A stretch of 32,000 bases of DNA from Methylorubrum extorquens (GTDB taxonomy: Bacteria; Pseudomonadota; Alphaproteobacteria; Rhizobiales; Beijerinckiaceae). This document shows positions 21,634 through 31,350 of this stretch, piece after piece. Numbering within the stretch: the stretch's first letter is position 1; each line of letters opens with the position of its first letter. Under the pieces are notes generated by a model. That model made no database searches, was not told where the DNA came from, and saw only the letters and a program-made list of their open reading frames with translations. The stretch spans positions 150,001 through 182,000 of the forward strand of contig LT962688.1 of assembly GCA_900234795.1 (NCBI GenBank), given 5' to 3'. The position numbers were made by a program, and so were the translations under genes.

Positions 21634-23662
21634 CACCGCGAGCCTGCGCAGCGCGTGGCGACGCGGACTGACCCCGCCTCCGGATCTCGACGTGGTGCAG
21701 TGGGCGGAGCGGTATCGCCGGCTGAGCAAGGAGAGTTCGAACGGCGGCCGGTTCATCGCCTCGCGTGTCGAGGTCGCGCGCGGGCCCATGCTGTGGGCGA
21801 CCGAGCCGGGCGTCAGCAAGATCACGCTGATGGCCTGCACGCAGCTGCTCAAGACCACCTGCATCGAGAACATTGCGGGCCGCTTCATCCATGTCGAGCC
21901 GTGCCCGATCCTCGGCGTGTTCCCGAAGGACGACGCGGCCGAGACCTTCTCGAAGGACCGTCTCGCCCCGATGATCCGCGACACGCGGGTGCTGCGCGAC
22001 CTGTTCGGGGACGCCAAGTCGCGGGACTCGGGCGCGACCCTGACGCACAAGCAATTCCCTTGGGGCCACATCACCCTCGTGGGCGCCAACAGCCCGACCA
22101 ACCTCGCCATGCGGCCGATCCGGCTGCTGGTCTGCGACGAGATCGACAAGTACCCGCTGTCAGCCGGCGGCGAGGGCTCGCCCATCGATCTCGCCGAGGA
22201 GCGGCAGGCCGAGTTCAAGGCTAACAGCCTGACGGTGGTGGCCTGCTCTCCGACAATCGCCGGCCGCTCCGCGATCGAGGCGAGCTACGACGAGAGCGAC
22301 CAGCGCAAACCCTTCGTCTGCTGCCCGCACTGTGCGGCTTGGCAGTCGATGGAGTGGGAGCAGGTCCGCTTCGACAAGGACGGAGGCGGCAAGATCATCG
22401 CCGCCTCGGCGCGGTACGAGTGCGTCACCTGCGAGCAGCCCTGGACCGAGGCGCAGCGCCTCGTCGCCCTCCGCAAGATCGAGTGGCGGCAGACCGCCTC
22501 GTTCACCTGCTGCGGCGAGAACCAAGTGCCCGAGCAATGGGCGCCCGAGGCGCACGGGGTGCGGCGGGCCCTCTGCCGATCCTGCGGCTGTGAGGCGGTC
22601 CCGAACGACCACGCCGGCGGGCAGGCCTCCAAGCTCTACGCGCCGAAGCAGACCATCAAGGAGACGGTCGCGAAGTTCGCGCGGGCGCTGCGACGGGGGC
22701 CGGAGGCGTTGCGGACCTTCTTCAACACGCAGCTCGCCCGGACGTGGAAGGAAGGCGCGGACGCTCCCGAGTGGCAGGACGTCTACTCACGGCGCGACGA
22801 CTACCTGACGGGCACGGTCCCGTCCGGCGCGCTGATCCTGTTCGCAGGCGCAGACGTGCAGAAGGACCGCATTGAGGTCACGGTCTGGGGGTTCGGGCGC
22901 AATCGCGAGCGCTGGCTGATCGAGCACCGGGTGCTCACCGGCGACACCAGCCGGGGCGAGGTCTGGGCCGAGCTCGAGGCCATGTTCAGCGAGACCTGGG
23001 AGCACACCAGCGGCTCCGAGATGATGGTGCGGGACTGGGGCATCGACTCCAGCGCCTTCACCGCCGAGGTCTACGCCTTCGTCCGGTCCCAGGCCGGCCG
23101 CGGCAACGTCCACGCGATCGACGGCCAGGATAGCTACTCGGGGGCCTTCCTCGGCCTCGGCAACAAGGACTCGACCGCCAAGGGCAAGAAGCTGCGGCGC
23201 GGGCTGAAGACGGTCCGGGTCGGCGCCTCGTTCGCCAAGCAGGAGCTGATGGGCTGCCTGGGCCTGCAGCGCCCCTCGGGTGATGCACCGTTCCCGGCCG
23301 GCTTCATCCACCTGCCGCGAGACATTCCCGAGGACGGTGTCCGGCAGCTGACCGCCGAGGAACTGGTGGTGAGCGTCAGCCGGGGCCGAACCCGACGCGA
23401 GTGGGTGCCGATCGGCGGGCGCCGCAATGAGTGGCTGGACTGCGCGAACTACGCCCGTGGCCTCGCCGCGATGCGCGGCTGGGACCGCTGGCGCGAGACG
23501 CACTGGCGCGGCCTGGAGGATGCCCTCGGCATCCAGAGGACCACAATCGCACCGGCGGCAGAGATCACGACCCCGGCCGTTGCCGCGGGCTCGCTCGCCG
23601 ACCGCAACCTGAGGCGCAGCACGCGCCGCAGCGTGGTCCGCAAGGGGACCGATGAGGTAGGC
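21578..23662 (+). CDS. terL: terminase large subunit, GpA (lambda) family; no in-frame stop before the next gene
   Basis: GpA-family signatures: ...THKQFPWGHITLVGANSPTNLAMRPIRLLVCDEIDKYP...GEGSPIDLAEERQAEF...CSPTIAGRSAIEASYDESDQRKPFVCCPHCAAWQ... The frame runs on into gpW and portal (track ORF 21578..25489), so the end coordinate here is nominal. An alternative start is GTG 21605. Confidence 0.85.
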
Positions 23663-23888
23663 ATGCCCGGCTATACCGAGAAGCAGCGCGACGCCCTGAA
23701 GCGAGCCATCGCCAGCGGCGCCCCTGACTGTCGAAAGCCCCGATACGGGCCGGATCACCTACCGCAGTCTCGCCGAGATGCGGCAGGCGCTCGCGATGAT
23801 CGAGCGCAACCTTGCCGGCGATCAGACCGGCGCGACGCGTCGGCGCCGGACGCGTGCGATCGTGATGTCGGGCAGCGGCGGGTGGTAG
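23663..23888 (+). pseudogene. gpW-like head-tail joining protein, frame-disrupted at a C4 run
   Basis: MPGYTEKQRDALKRAIASGA is in frame 0 from ATG 23663. The conserved remainder, LTVESPDTGRITYRSLAEMRQALAMIERNLAGDQTGATRRRRTRAIVMSGSGGW*, is in the +1 frame (23724..23888). The frames meet at CCCC 23721-23724. Confidence 0.7.
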
Positions 23889-23890
23889 CC

Positions 23891-25489
23891 GTGGCCACGC
23901 CCGTCCGGTTTCGGATCAAGGGCACACGGGACTACGTCGCGCCGCTCGCCATGGACGTGGCGGGTGACGTGCCCGGTGTTGCTGCGTCGTCGGCCTACGA
24001 AGTCGCTGGCGGCACGGGGCGCCGCTCGCGCGCGTGGCGCGTCGGCAGCTTCGGTCCGAACAGCGCGCTCACCTACGCGCTCGACGAGTTGCGCCGGAAG
24101 TCGCGCGACCAAGCCCGCAAGAACCCGCTGGCGGGCGCGGCGGTGGACCGGCTGACCGCGAACGTCGTCGGCACCGGCATCGTGCCGCGCTCGACCGCCG
24201 CTCGCTCGACTGCTGGCCTCTCGAAGAGAGAAGCCAAGCGCGTGAAGGCCGAGGATGCGGCCTACCGGGCAGAGGTCCAGCGGCTCTGGCTCGAATGGAC
24301 AGACCAAGCCGACAGCGTCGGCGCGCATGACTTCTATGGCCTTCAGGCGCTCGCCGTGCGCGGGATGATCGAGGGTGGCGAGACCTTCGTCCGGCTGCGC
24401 ACCCGGCGCCTCACGGACGGCCTGCCGGTGCCGCTGCAGCTTCAGGTGCTGGAGGGCGACCACTGCCCCCACACTCGAACCGAACCCACGAACCGGATCC
24501 GTCAGGGCATCCAGTACGACGCGATCGGTCGGCGGATCGGTTACTGGCTCTATCGCGAACATCCCGGTGACAGCATGCAGTCGCTGTCCGGTTTCGAGCA
24601 GGTGCAGGTCTCAGCCGACGACGTCTGCCACCTCTATCGTGCGATGCGGCCTGGGCAGGATCGCGGCGAACCCTGGCTCGCCCGGGCGCTGCGCACTCTC
24701 TACGACCTCGATGGCTACCTCGACGCCGAGCTGGTGCGGAAGAAGAACACCACCCGCCTCGTCGGCTTCATCAAGAAATCGCTCGACGAAAGTGGCGATC
24801 CGATTGCCCCGGGTGGAGGGCCGCTCGGGTCTGACGCTCCGGACGACGACGGGGTCGCCACCCTCGACTTCGACCCCGGCACCCTGCAGGTGCTGGCCGA
24901 CGGCGAAGACATCACCTTCTCAGACCCGAAGGACGTCGGACCAAATTTCGAGGCTTTCGTTCGCGAGGCCAAGCGCGGCATCGCGGCGGCATGCGGGCTG
25001 CTCTACGAGGTCCTGAGCGGCGACTACAGCCAGCTCAATGACCGCACGCTGCGCGCCGCGCTCAACGACTTCCGCCGCGCCGTCGAGGGATGGCAGCACC
25101 ACCTGGTCGTGTTTCAGCTGTGCCGGCCGGTCTGGGCGCGCTGGATCGATCTCGCGCTCCTGTCTGGCGCACTGAAGCCTCCGGCCGGAATGACCCGCCA
25201 GCAGGCCGCGGCGGTCGGCTGGATCCCGCAGGCGTGGCCGTACATCCACCCTGTGCAGGACGTGCAGGGCAAGACGATGGAGATCCAGGCGGGGCTCTCC
25301 TCACGTAGCCGCAAGGTCGCCGAGGGCGGCTACGACGCCGAGACGATCGACGCCGAGAACCAGGCTGACAATGAGCGGGCCGACACGCTCGGCCTCTCCT
25401 ACACCAGCGACGGACGACGGTCGGCCAAGGATGCCGAAGCTCCCGATGCTGTCGAGCCGCCCGAAGGCGACCAGCCCCCCACAACCTGA
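23891..25489 (+). CDS. portal protein, lambda (gpB) family
   Basis: ...AGGTGRRSRAWRVGSFGPNSAL...LRRKSRDQARKNPLAGAAVDRLTANVVGTGIVPRS... and downstream similarity to lambda-type portals. It occupies the position after terL/gpW. Start candidates are GTG 23882, GTG 23891 and ATG 23951. Confidence 0.8.
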   Translation: MATPVRFRIKGTRDYVAPLAMDVAGDVPGVAASSAYEVAGGTGRRSRAWRVGSFGPNSALTYALDELRRKSRDQARKNPLAGAAVDRLTANVVGTGIVPRSTAARSTAGLSKREAKRVKAEDAAYRAEVQRLWLEWTDQADSVGAHDFYGLQALAVRGMIEGGETFVRLRTRRLTDGLPVPLQLQVLEGDHCPHTRTEPTNRIRQGIQYDAIGRRIGYWLYREHPGDSMQSLSGFEQVQVSADDVCHLYRAMRPGQDRGEPWLARALRTLYDLDGYLDAELVRKKNTTRLVGFIKKSLDESGDPIAPGGGPLGSDAPDDDGVATLDFDPGTLQVLADGEDITFSDPKDVGPNFEAFVREAKRGIAAACGLLYEVLSGDYSQLNDRTLRAALNDFRRAVEGWQHHLVVFQLCRPVWARWIDLALLSGALKPPAGMTRQQAAAVGWIPQAWPYIHPVQDVQGKTMEIQAGLSSRSRKVAEGGYDAETIDAENQADNERADTLGLSYTSDGRRSAKDAEAPDAVEPPEGDQPPTT

Positions 25490-25501
25490 ATTGGAGCCGC
25501 C

Positions 25502-26671
25502 ATGACCGTACTGGTCAGTGGAAGCGAGATCGTGCTCTCGGGCACGGTCGGCAATCTCTATTGGGACGAAGGCTTCACCGCCGCCGAGGTCTCGGTTGCG
25601 CTGGCGCAGATCGGCCGCAGCCAGGACGTCACGATCCGGCTGAACAGCCCGGGCGGTATCGCGAGCGAAGGCGCGGCGATCCACGCGGCGATCGCCGCGC
25701 ACCAGGGGCGCACCGTCGTCATCGTCGAAGGCGTCGCCGCCTCGGCCGCATCCGCTCTCGCCATGGCTGCGGACGAGGTCGTGATGTCCCTCGGCGCCCT
25801 GATGATGGTGCACGACCCGTCCGGGTTCACGTTCGGGACTGCCGCCGACCACGAAGCATCGCTGCGCGAGCTGACCGCACTCGCGACAGCCATGGCCGCG
25901 ATCTACGCCGACAAGACCGGCCGCACCGCCGAGCAGGCCCGCGCGGACATGCGTGCCGAGATCTGGATGACGCCGGAAGAGGCTGTGGCCCAGGGCTACG
26001 CCGACCGTGCGCTCAGCCGGGCGGCCAATGACGACGTCGAGCCCATCGAGCCGGCGGCCTTCGACTATCGCCTTTTCGCACATCCGCCCGAGCGCCTCGT
26101 CGCACTGGCGGACAAGCGCGCGTGGTCCAGCCGTGCGCGTCCGACCGCGGCCTCCCCGGCCGCCCCACCCCGCCTGACGGAGAAACCCATGGCGACCGAA
26201 CCGGCGGGCAACGGGCCCGCACTTCCTCCGAACCCGAGCGCCGCCCTCGCAGCCGTTGTCGACGGCCCGCGCGCGGACGCTTCCAGCACCACCCTGGCGC
26301 GCGCCGACGCTGCGGAGATCGCCAAGCTCTGCGTCGATGGGGGCGTGCCGGCCATGGCCTCGGCCCTTCTCGCCGAGGGCGTGACGGTGGCCCAGGCTAA
26401 GGAGCGCATCGGTGCGGCTGGCCAGATCAACGATCTCGTCGCGCTCGCCCGGCGCAAGGATCCGACCCTCCCGGCCGAACTCGGCGCCACCATGCTGGCT
26501 GAGGGCAAAACCGTCGAGCAGGCCCGCTCCGTGCTCTTCGACAAGCTCGTGGCGGCCGAGGAGAAGACCGCCGTTTCGTCGCACGTACCGGCGGACGGCA
26601 AGGGCGATCCGACTGCCCGGATCGTCGGCCACTACCGCGCTGCCACCGGTGCCAAGCCCCGGGCGGCCTGA
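25502..26671 (+). CDS. ClpP-like head maturation protease fused to an Ala-rich scaffold-like C-terminal half
   Basis: ClpP/S14-like N-terminal half (RLNSPGGIASEGAAIHAAI...VEGVAASAASALAMAADE...MMVHDPSG). The C-terminal ~200 aa are Ala/Pro-rich. It lies between the portal and decoration genes, like lambda C/Nu3. Confidence 0.8.
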   Translation: MTVLVSGSEIVLSGTVGNLYWDEGFTAAEVSVALAQIGRSQDVTIRLNSPGGIASEGAAIHAAIAAHQGRTVVIVEGVAASAASALAMAADEVVMSLGALMMVHDPSGFTFGTAADHEASLRELTALATAMAAIYADKTGRTAEQARADMRAEIWMTPEEAVAQGYADRALSRAANDDVEPIEPAAFDYRLFAHPPERLVALADKRAWSSRARPTAASPAAPPRLTEKPMATEPAGNGPALPPNPSAALAAVVDGPRADASSTTLARADAAEIAKLCVDGGVPAMASALLAEGVTVAQAKERIGAAGQINDLVALARRKDPTLPAELGATMLAEGKTVEQARSVLFDKLVAAEEKTAVSSHVPADGKGDPTARIVGHYRAATGAKPRAA

Positions 26672-26710
26672 CGGGCCGACCGCACTTCCCCCGGAAAACA
26701 GGAGGCCGCT

Positions 26711-27121
26711 ATGGCCGTGACCAACATCCCCTACGCCGGGGCCGGCATGGCCGGCTTCGAGAGCAACGACGGCTTCGCCCAGGTCGAGCTTTTCAATTCC
26801 GCCATCCCGCATCCGGTGACGGAGGACTTTCCAGTCGGCGAGAGCGCGAACCTGCCGGCCTTCTCGGTGGTGGGGCTCAACACCGACGGCAATCTCGTCC
26901 TGGCGCAGACCAGCGGGACCGCCGTTGCGCCGATTGGCGTGACCACGGCGCCCGTCGCCACCGGTGCGGGGCAGACCGACCGCATCGCGATCTACCGCGC
27001 CGGCAACTTCAACCCGGCCGCTCTGACCTGGCACGCCGACTTCAACACCGACGCCAAGAAGGCGGCGGCGTTCCGCGGCGCACCGACCCCCACCAACATC
27101 GTCATCCGCAAGCGTCTCTGA
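26711..27121 (+). CDS. head decoration protein (gpD-like)
   Basis: 136 aa, sitting directly upstream of the gpE-like capsid gene. Size and sequence style fit the head-decoration family (...GNLVLAQTSGTAVAPIGVTTAPVATGAGQTDRIAIYRAGNFNPAAL). Confidence 0.7.
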   Translation: MAVTNIPYAGAGMAGFESNDGFAQVELFNSAIPHPVTEDFPVGESANLPAFSVVGLNTDGNLVLAQTSGTAVAPIGVTTAPVATGAGQTDRIAIYRAGNFNPAALTWHADFNTDAKKAAAFRGAPTPTNIVIRKRL

Positions 27122-27148
27122 CGCCAGGGCAAGGAAAGGACCATCGTC

Positions 27149-28198
27149 ATGGCGTTCGAGCGCTACGAAATCTGGAACACCCACACGCTGCTCGGCGTGT
27201 ACCGGGAGACCGACAGCCCGACCAGCTACTGGCTGGACCTGCTCTTCCCCAACGAGATCTCCTCGACGGACGAGTACATCGACTTCGAGAAGATCCCGCG
27301 TGCCGGCCGCAAGCTCGCGCCCTTCGTGGCGCCGCTCGCGCAGGGCCGGCCGATCTATGAGGAAGGCGGTCGGGTGGCCCGGTTCAAGCCGGCCTACGTG
27401 AAGCCCTCGGATCCGGTGACGCCCTCACGGGCGCTGACGCGTCGTCCGGGTGCGCTGCTCGCCCCGCAGGACATCACGCCCGAGGCTCGCTACGACGCGA
27501 TCAAGGCCGACATCCTCGCCTATCACCGCACGGCAATCGAGCGGCGGTGGGAATGGCTCGCCGCCAAGGCCGTCATCGACGGTGCGGTGACCATCGAGGG
27601 TGACGATTACCCGGCCGTCAGCATCAACTTCGGTCGCGCCGCCGGGCACACCGTCGTTCTCGGCGCCGGCGCACGATGGGGCGATGCCGGTGTGTCGGTG
27701 CTCGACACCATCCAGGGCTGGATGGATCAGATGCACGCGGCCGAGTTCGGCGGTGCTCCGAACCGGATCACGCTCGGCACAGCGGCATGGGCGGCGGCTC
27801 GGAAGGACGAGGCTCTGCTGAAGGAGATGGACACCACCCGCCGCGGCAACGATGTGGACGTCCGCACCGGCCTCTACGGCACGGGGGAGGCCCGCTACGT
27901 CGGCACGCTCGGCGCTGGGCTCGAGGTCTGGGTCTACAACGACTACTACAGCCTCGGTGGCACGGTGACGCCCTTCATGTCGCCGAAGGACATCGTCCTC
28001 ACGGGTCCCAACGTTCAGGGCTACCGCTGCTTCGGCGCCATCGTCGACGTCTACGCGCAGTTCCAGGCGCTGCCGATCTTCCCGCGCAACTACATCATCC
28101 CCGGCGATGTCGCGATCGAGCAGATCGTGACGCAGTCCGCGCCGCTGATGGTGCCGGTCAATCCCAACGCCACCCTGAAGGCGACCGTCGTCGCCTGA
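27149..28198 (+). CDS. major capsid protein, lambda gpE family
   Basis: 349 aa. The N-terminus ...WNTHTLLGVYRETDSPTSYWLDLLFPNEISSTDEYIDFEKIPRAGRKLAPFVAPLAQGRP is characteristic of Phage_cap_E proteins. Confidence 0.85.
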   Translation: MAFERYEIWNTHTLLGVYRETDSPTSYWLDLLFPNEISSTDEYIDFEKIPRAGRKLAPFVAPLAQGRPIYEEGGRVARFKPAYVKPSDPVTPSRALTRRPGALLAPQDITPEARYDAIKADILAYHRTAIERRWEWLAAKAVIDGAVTIEGDDYPAVSINFGRAAGHTVVLGAGARWGDAGVSVLDTIQGWMDQMHAAEFGGAPNRITLGTAAWAAARKDEALLKEMDTTRRGNDVDVRTGLYGTGEARYVGTLGAGLEVWVYNDYYSLGGTVTPFMSPKDIVLTGPNVQGYRCFGAIVDVYAQFQALPIFPRNYIIPGDVAIEQIVTQSAPLMVPVNPNATLKATVVA

Positions 28199-28227
28199 CA
28201 CCCCCAGATCCGAGAGGAGAGAGCACG

Positions 28228-28497
28228 ATGGCCCAGGCCTTCGCGATTGCGAGCCTTCATGTCCGCCGCTCCGCGCCCGAGGTGCGGGACGGCAAGGTGG
28301 TGGTGCCCGGCAAGGTTGAAGTCGTGCCCGCCGGCGCGATCACCGACCTGTCCGACGAAGACTTCAAGATCTTCGAGGCGGCCGGCGCGGTGCGCCGCCC
28401 GTCCAAGATGGACCGAGCGATGGCCGAGGGCGACGATGCGCCCGAGGCCGTCGAGACCGCTGTCGGTCGCCCCGTCCCGGCCAAGCAGGCGCGGTGA
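28228..28497 (+). CDS. hypothetical head-associated protein
   Basis: ATG 28228 with a GAGAGGAGAG RBS. 89 aa (MAQAFAIASLHVRRSAPEVRDGKVVVPGK...). This is the C-terminal part of track ORF 27676..28497. Confidence 0.6.
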   Translation: MAQAFAIASLHVRRSAPEVRDGKVVVPGKVEVVPAGAITDLSDEDFKIFEAAGAVRRPSKMDRAMAEGDDAPEAVETAVGRPVPAKQAR

Positions 28498-28859
28498 GCG
28501 TCTTCGACCTCGCTGTCGACGCCCAGTTCGAGGATCCGAACCTCGGGCTAGATGCGATCTGGCGCGCGGGCGGTGCCGAGACCGGCCTGCCCGTGCGCAT
28601 CCGTCGGCGCTCGCCCGAGGCGATCATCGGCGCGGCCGGTAACCAGTTCGACCTCGACGCCATGCTGATCGACGTGCGCCTCTCCGAGGTGGCGGAGCCG
28701 GCAGAAGGCGACGCGATCGACCTCCTCGACGACGACGGCGAGGTCACCGAGACGGTGCAGGTCATCGGCCTCGCTCGGATCGACACGCGCCGGCTGGTGC
28801 GCACCTGCGAGGTGGCGCCCGTGCTGCCGGATGATCCCGACGAGGACGAAGAGCCGTGA
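28494..28859 (+). CDS. putative head-tail connector protein
   Basis: 121 aa, GTG start in a GTGA overlap, positioned between the capsid and tail genes. Confidence 0.55.
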   Translation: MSVFDLAVDAQFEDPNLGLDAIWRAGGAETGLPVRIRRRSPEAIIGAAGNQFDLDAMLIDVRLSEVAEPAEGDAIDLLDDDGEVTETVQVIGLARIDTRRLVRTCEVAPVLPDDPDEDEEP

Positions 28860-29521
28860 GGTTCAAGGCGACCGCTGCCGATCCGCGCGCGGCGCTGAAG
28901 GGCACGGAGGAACAAGTCGCACGCTCGGTCACCGCCGGCATGCGCGAGATTACAGAGGGCCTGAAGGAGGATCTGCGCGCCGACGTGCGCGAGTCCGGCC
29001 TCGGCCAGCGCCTCGCCAACACATGGCGCGGCCAGACCTTTCCGCGGACGGGCGAGAGCGCGGAGGCTGCAGCCTACGTCTCGACCAACGCACCGAAGCT
29101 GATCGACGCCTTCGACCGCGGCGTCACCATCACCGCGCAGGGCCGGAAGTACCTCGCGATCCCGACCCCTGACGCGGGCGTGCGCCAGATTTCACGCCGC
29201 CGCTCCAAGGGCTCGACCGGCAACACGCTGTCGCCCGCCTCCTGGGAGCGCGAGACCGGCGTGAAGTTGCGCTTCGTCCCGAGCAAGTCCGGCGGCGTGC
29301 TGGTCGCCGACGCGTTCTACCGGCGGCAGGCTACCCGCTACCAAGGCCGCAAGTCCTTCCGCGCGATCAAGGAAGCCGGGCCCGATCGGGGCCGGTCCTT
29401 CGTCGTGATCTTCGTACTCGTGAAGCAGGTGAAGCTGCGCAAGCGGCTCGACATCGCCACGACTGCCAAGCGCTGGGCCGACCGCGTGCCGGGCGCCATC
29501 GCCGCGAATTGGGAGGCCTGA
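28856..29521 (+). CDS. putative neck/tail-completion protein
   Basis: 221 aa, GTG start overlapping the upstream stop. Assigned by position in the neck module. No family confidently recognised. Confidence 0.55.
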   Translation: MRFKATAADPRAALKGTEEQVARSVTAGMREITEGLKEDLRADVRESGLGQRLANTWRGQTFPRTGESAEAAAYVSTNAPKLIDAFDRGVTITAQGRKYLAIPTPDAGVRQISRRRSKGSTGNTLSPASWERETGVKLRFVPSKSGGVLVADAFYRRQATRYQGRKSFRAIKEAGPDRGRSFVVIFVLVKQVKLRKRLDIATTAKRWADRVPGAIAANWEA

Positions 29522-29955
29522 TGCCGAGCAAGCGCGAGCAGGTGATCGAGGCCGTGGCCGCTCTGGTGAAAGGGGCGCTGCCGAAGGCCACCCACTACCG
29601 CAACGAGGTCAAGCAGCGGACCATCCCGGCGAACGGCTACGTCAACGTCGATGACGGCGACCCCGGCGACCCCGATGTCACGCTGAACCCGACCACTTGG
29701 ATTTACGAGCACGAGCTGCCGGTCGAGGTCGCGGCGAACGCAACGCGGACCGTGAGCGCCGAGGCACGGCTCGACACCATGCTCCAGGCCATCGGCACCG
29801 CCGTCGCAACCGACCGGACCCTCGGCGGCCTCTGCGACTACCTGCAGGTCGGTGCCGCCAGCACCGAGCCCCTGACCGCCGAAGGTGCGCCGGTCTCCCG
29901 CCTCGCCGTCGTCGCCATCGTCGCCGTCTACGGCACGACCGACCCCCTGAACTGA
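29521..29955 (+). CDS. putative tail terminator/completion protein
   Basis: ATG 29521 overlaps the upstream TGA (TGATG). 144 aa, immediately upstream of the tail tube gene. Confidence 0.55.
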   Translation: MPSKREQVIEAVAALVKGALPKATHYRNEVKQRTIPANGYVNVDDGDPGDPDVTLNPTTWIYEHELPVEVAANATRTVSAEARLDTMLQAIGTAVATDRTLGGLCDYLQVGAASTEPLTAEGAPVSRLAVVAIVAVYGTTDPLN

Positions 29956-29980
29956 ACCACCCCGCCAGAGGAGAGAGACC

Positions 29981-30922
29981 ATGGCTAGAGCCCGTGGCGC
30001 GAACGCCATTATGGCGGCGTCCTTCGAGACCACCTACGGCACCCCGCCCAGCACCGGATACCGGAAGCTGCCCTTCGTCTCGTCGAACCTCGGCGAGGAG
30101 CAGGGGCTCATCCCGTCCGACCTGCTCGGCTACGGTCGCGAGGCCCTGCCGCCGTCGCGCGACGTCATCAACAACGACGGCGACGTGGTCGTGCCGATCG
30201 ACCTGCGCAACTTCGGCAACTGGCTGAAGCTGTTCATGGGCCAGCCGGTCACCACCGCCATCACCGACGGGCAGCAGCACGTCTTCTCCTCGGGCGCCAC
30301 CAATCTGCCGTCCATGACGGTCGAGATCGGTCTGCCGGAGGTGCCGAGCTACGGCCAGAACTTCGGCGTCCGCGGCAACACGATGCGCGTGCAGATGCAG
30401 CGCTCGGGCCTGCTCACCGCCACCCTCGGGCTGATCGCGCAGGGTGAGAACAAGCTGTCCGCCTCTGGCGCCGGCACGCCGGCCGAGGCGTCGATCGAGC
30501 GGTTCTCGCCGTTCCAGGGCGCCGTCACCCGCGCGGGCGTGGCGCTCGCCTCCGTCACCTCGGCCGACTTCACCTACTCGAACGGGTTGGAGAAGGTGGA
30601 GACGATCCGCGGCGACGGCCGGATCGAGGACGCCGACCCCGGCATGGTGATGATGTCGGGCTCCATCACCACCCGCTTCCGCGACACCACCCTGCTCGAC
30701 CAGGCAACCGCGGGCGACCCCGTGGCCCTCACCTTCGGCTGGGTCACCGATGCCGACCGCTCGCTCGTGTTCGAGGTGCCGGCCGTCTACCTGCCGCGCG
30801 CCAAGACCCCGGTGACGGGCCCGAACGGCGTGCAGGCGACCTTCAACTGGCAGGCGGCCAAGGACAGCGTGTCCGGCAAGACCGTCATCGCCACCCTGCG
30901 CAACAACGTCACCACCTACTGA
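29981..30922 (+). CDS. major tail tube protein
   Basis: 313 aa with a GGAGAGAG RBS. It lies directly upstream of the G/GT chaperone pair and the tape measure gene. Confidence 0.7.
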   Translation: MARARGANAIMAASFETTYGTPPSTGYRKLPFVSSNLGEEQGLIPSDLLGYGREALPPSRDVINNDGDVVVPIDLRNFGNWLKLFMGQPVTTAITDGQQHVFSSGATNLPSMTVEIGLPEVPSYGQNFGVRGNTMRVQMQRSGLLTATLGLIAQGENKLSASGAGTPAEASIERFSPFQGAVTRAGVALASVTSADFTYSNGLEKVETIRGDGRIEDADPGMVMMSGSITTRFRDTTLLDQATAGDPVALTFGWVTDADRSLVFEVPAVYLPRAKTPVTGPNGVQATFNWQAAKDSVSGKTVIATLRNNVTTY

Positions 30923-30930
30923 GGCATCGG

Positions 30931-31350
30931 ATGCTGAAGCTCGCCCCCCGCGCCGACGAGCCGTTCTGGCTCGACCTTCTCCCGGGCGTTCGCGTCAGGG
31001 TGCGCCCCATCACGGTCGCATCCATGCTCGTCGCCCGCGAGGCCGTCGGCAAGGTCTACCGCGACGAGGACAAGACGGACCTCACGGCGCGCGCCAGCAT
31101 GGCGCTGGTCCGCGAACTCGCACATCGCGGCATCGTGGAGTGGGAGGGCGTCGGCACCGCCGAGGGCGAGCCGGCTGCGGTGACCTCCGAGACTGTCGGT
31201 GAGCTGCTGGACTACTGGCCCGCCTACGATGCACTCGATGCCCTCTACGTCACCCCGGCCCTGCGGCGGGACGAGGAAAAAAACGCATCCTCGAACTCGC
31301 CCGATGGCACTTCGGGGGAGGATCCGAATACTGCGAGGCCTGCGGCGTAG
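30931..31350 (+). CDS. tail assembly chaperone (gpG-like, zero-frame product)
   Basis: 139 aa between the tail tube and tape measure genes. It contains the slippery heptamer near its 3' end. Confidence 0.75.
   Translation: MLKLAPRADEPFWLDLLPGVRVRVRPITVASMLVAREAVGKVYRDEDKTDLTARASMALVRELAHRGIVEWEGVGTAEGEPAAVTSETVGELLDYWPAYDALDALYVTPALRRDEEKNASSNSPDGTSGEDPNTARPAA

Noticed and set aside
21250-24562. Several 160-320-aa minus-strand ORFs (21250..22218, 21593..22069, 22787..23758, 23822..24562) and plus-strand alternative-frame ORFs inside terL and portal
   Set aside because: They overlap strongly supported terminase and portal coding sequence and have Arg/Pro/Gly-rich low-complexity translations.
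25301-27184. 627-aa minus-strand ORF, the second-longest in the track
   Set aside because: It lies antisense to the well-supported protease/scaffold and decoration genes. Its translation is Gly/Arg/Asp-rich with no recognisable motifs, so it is a high-GC artefact.
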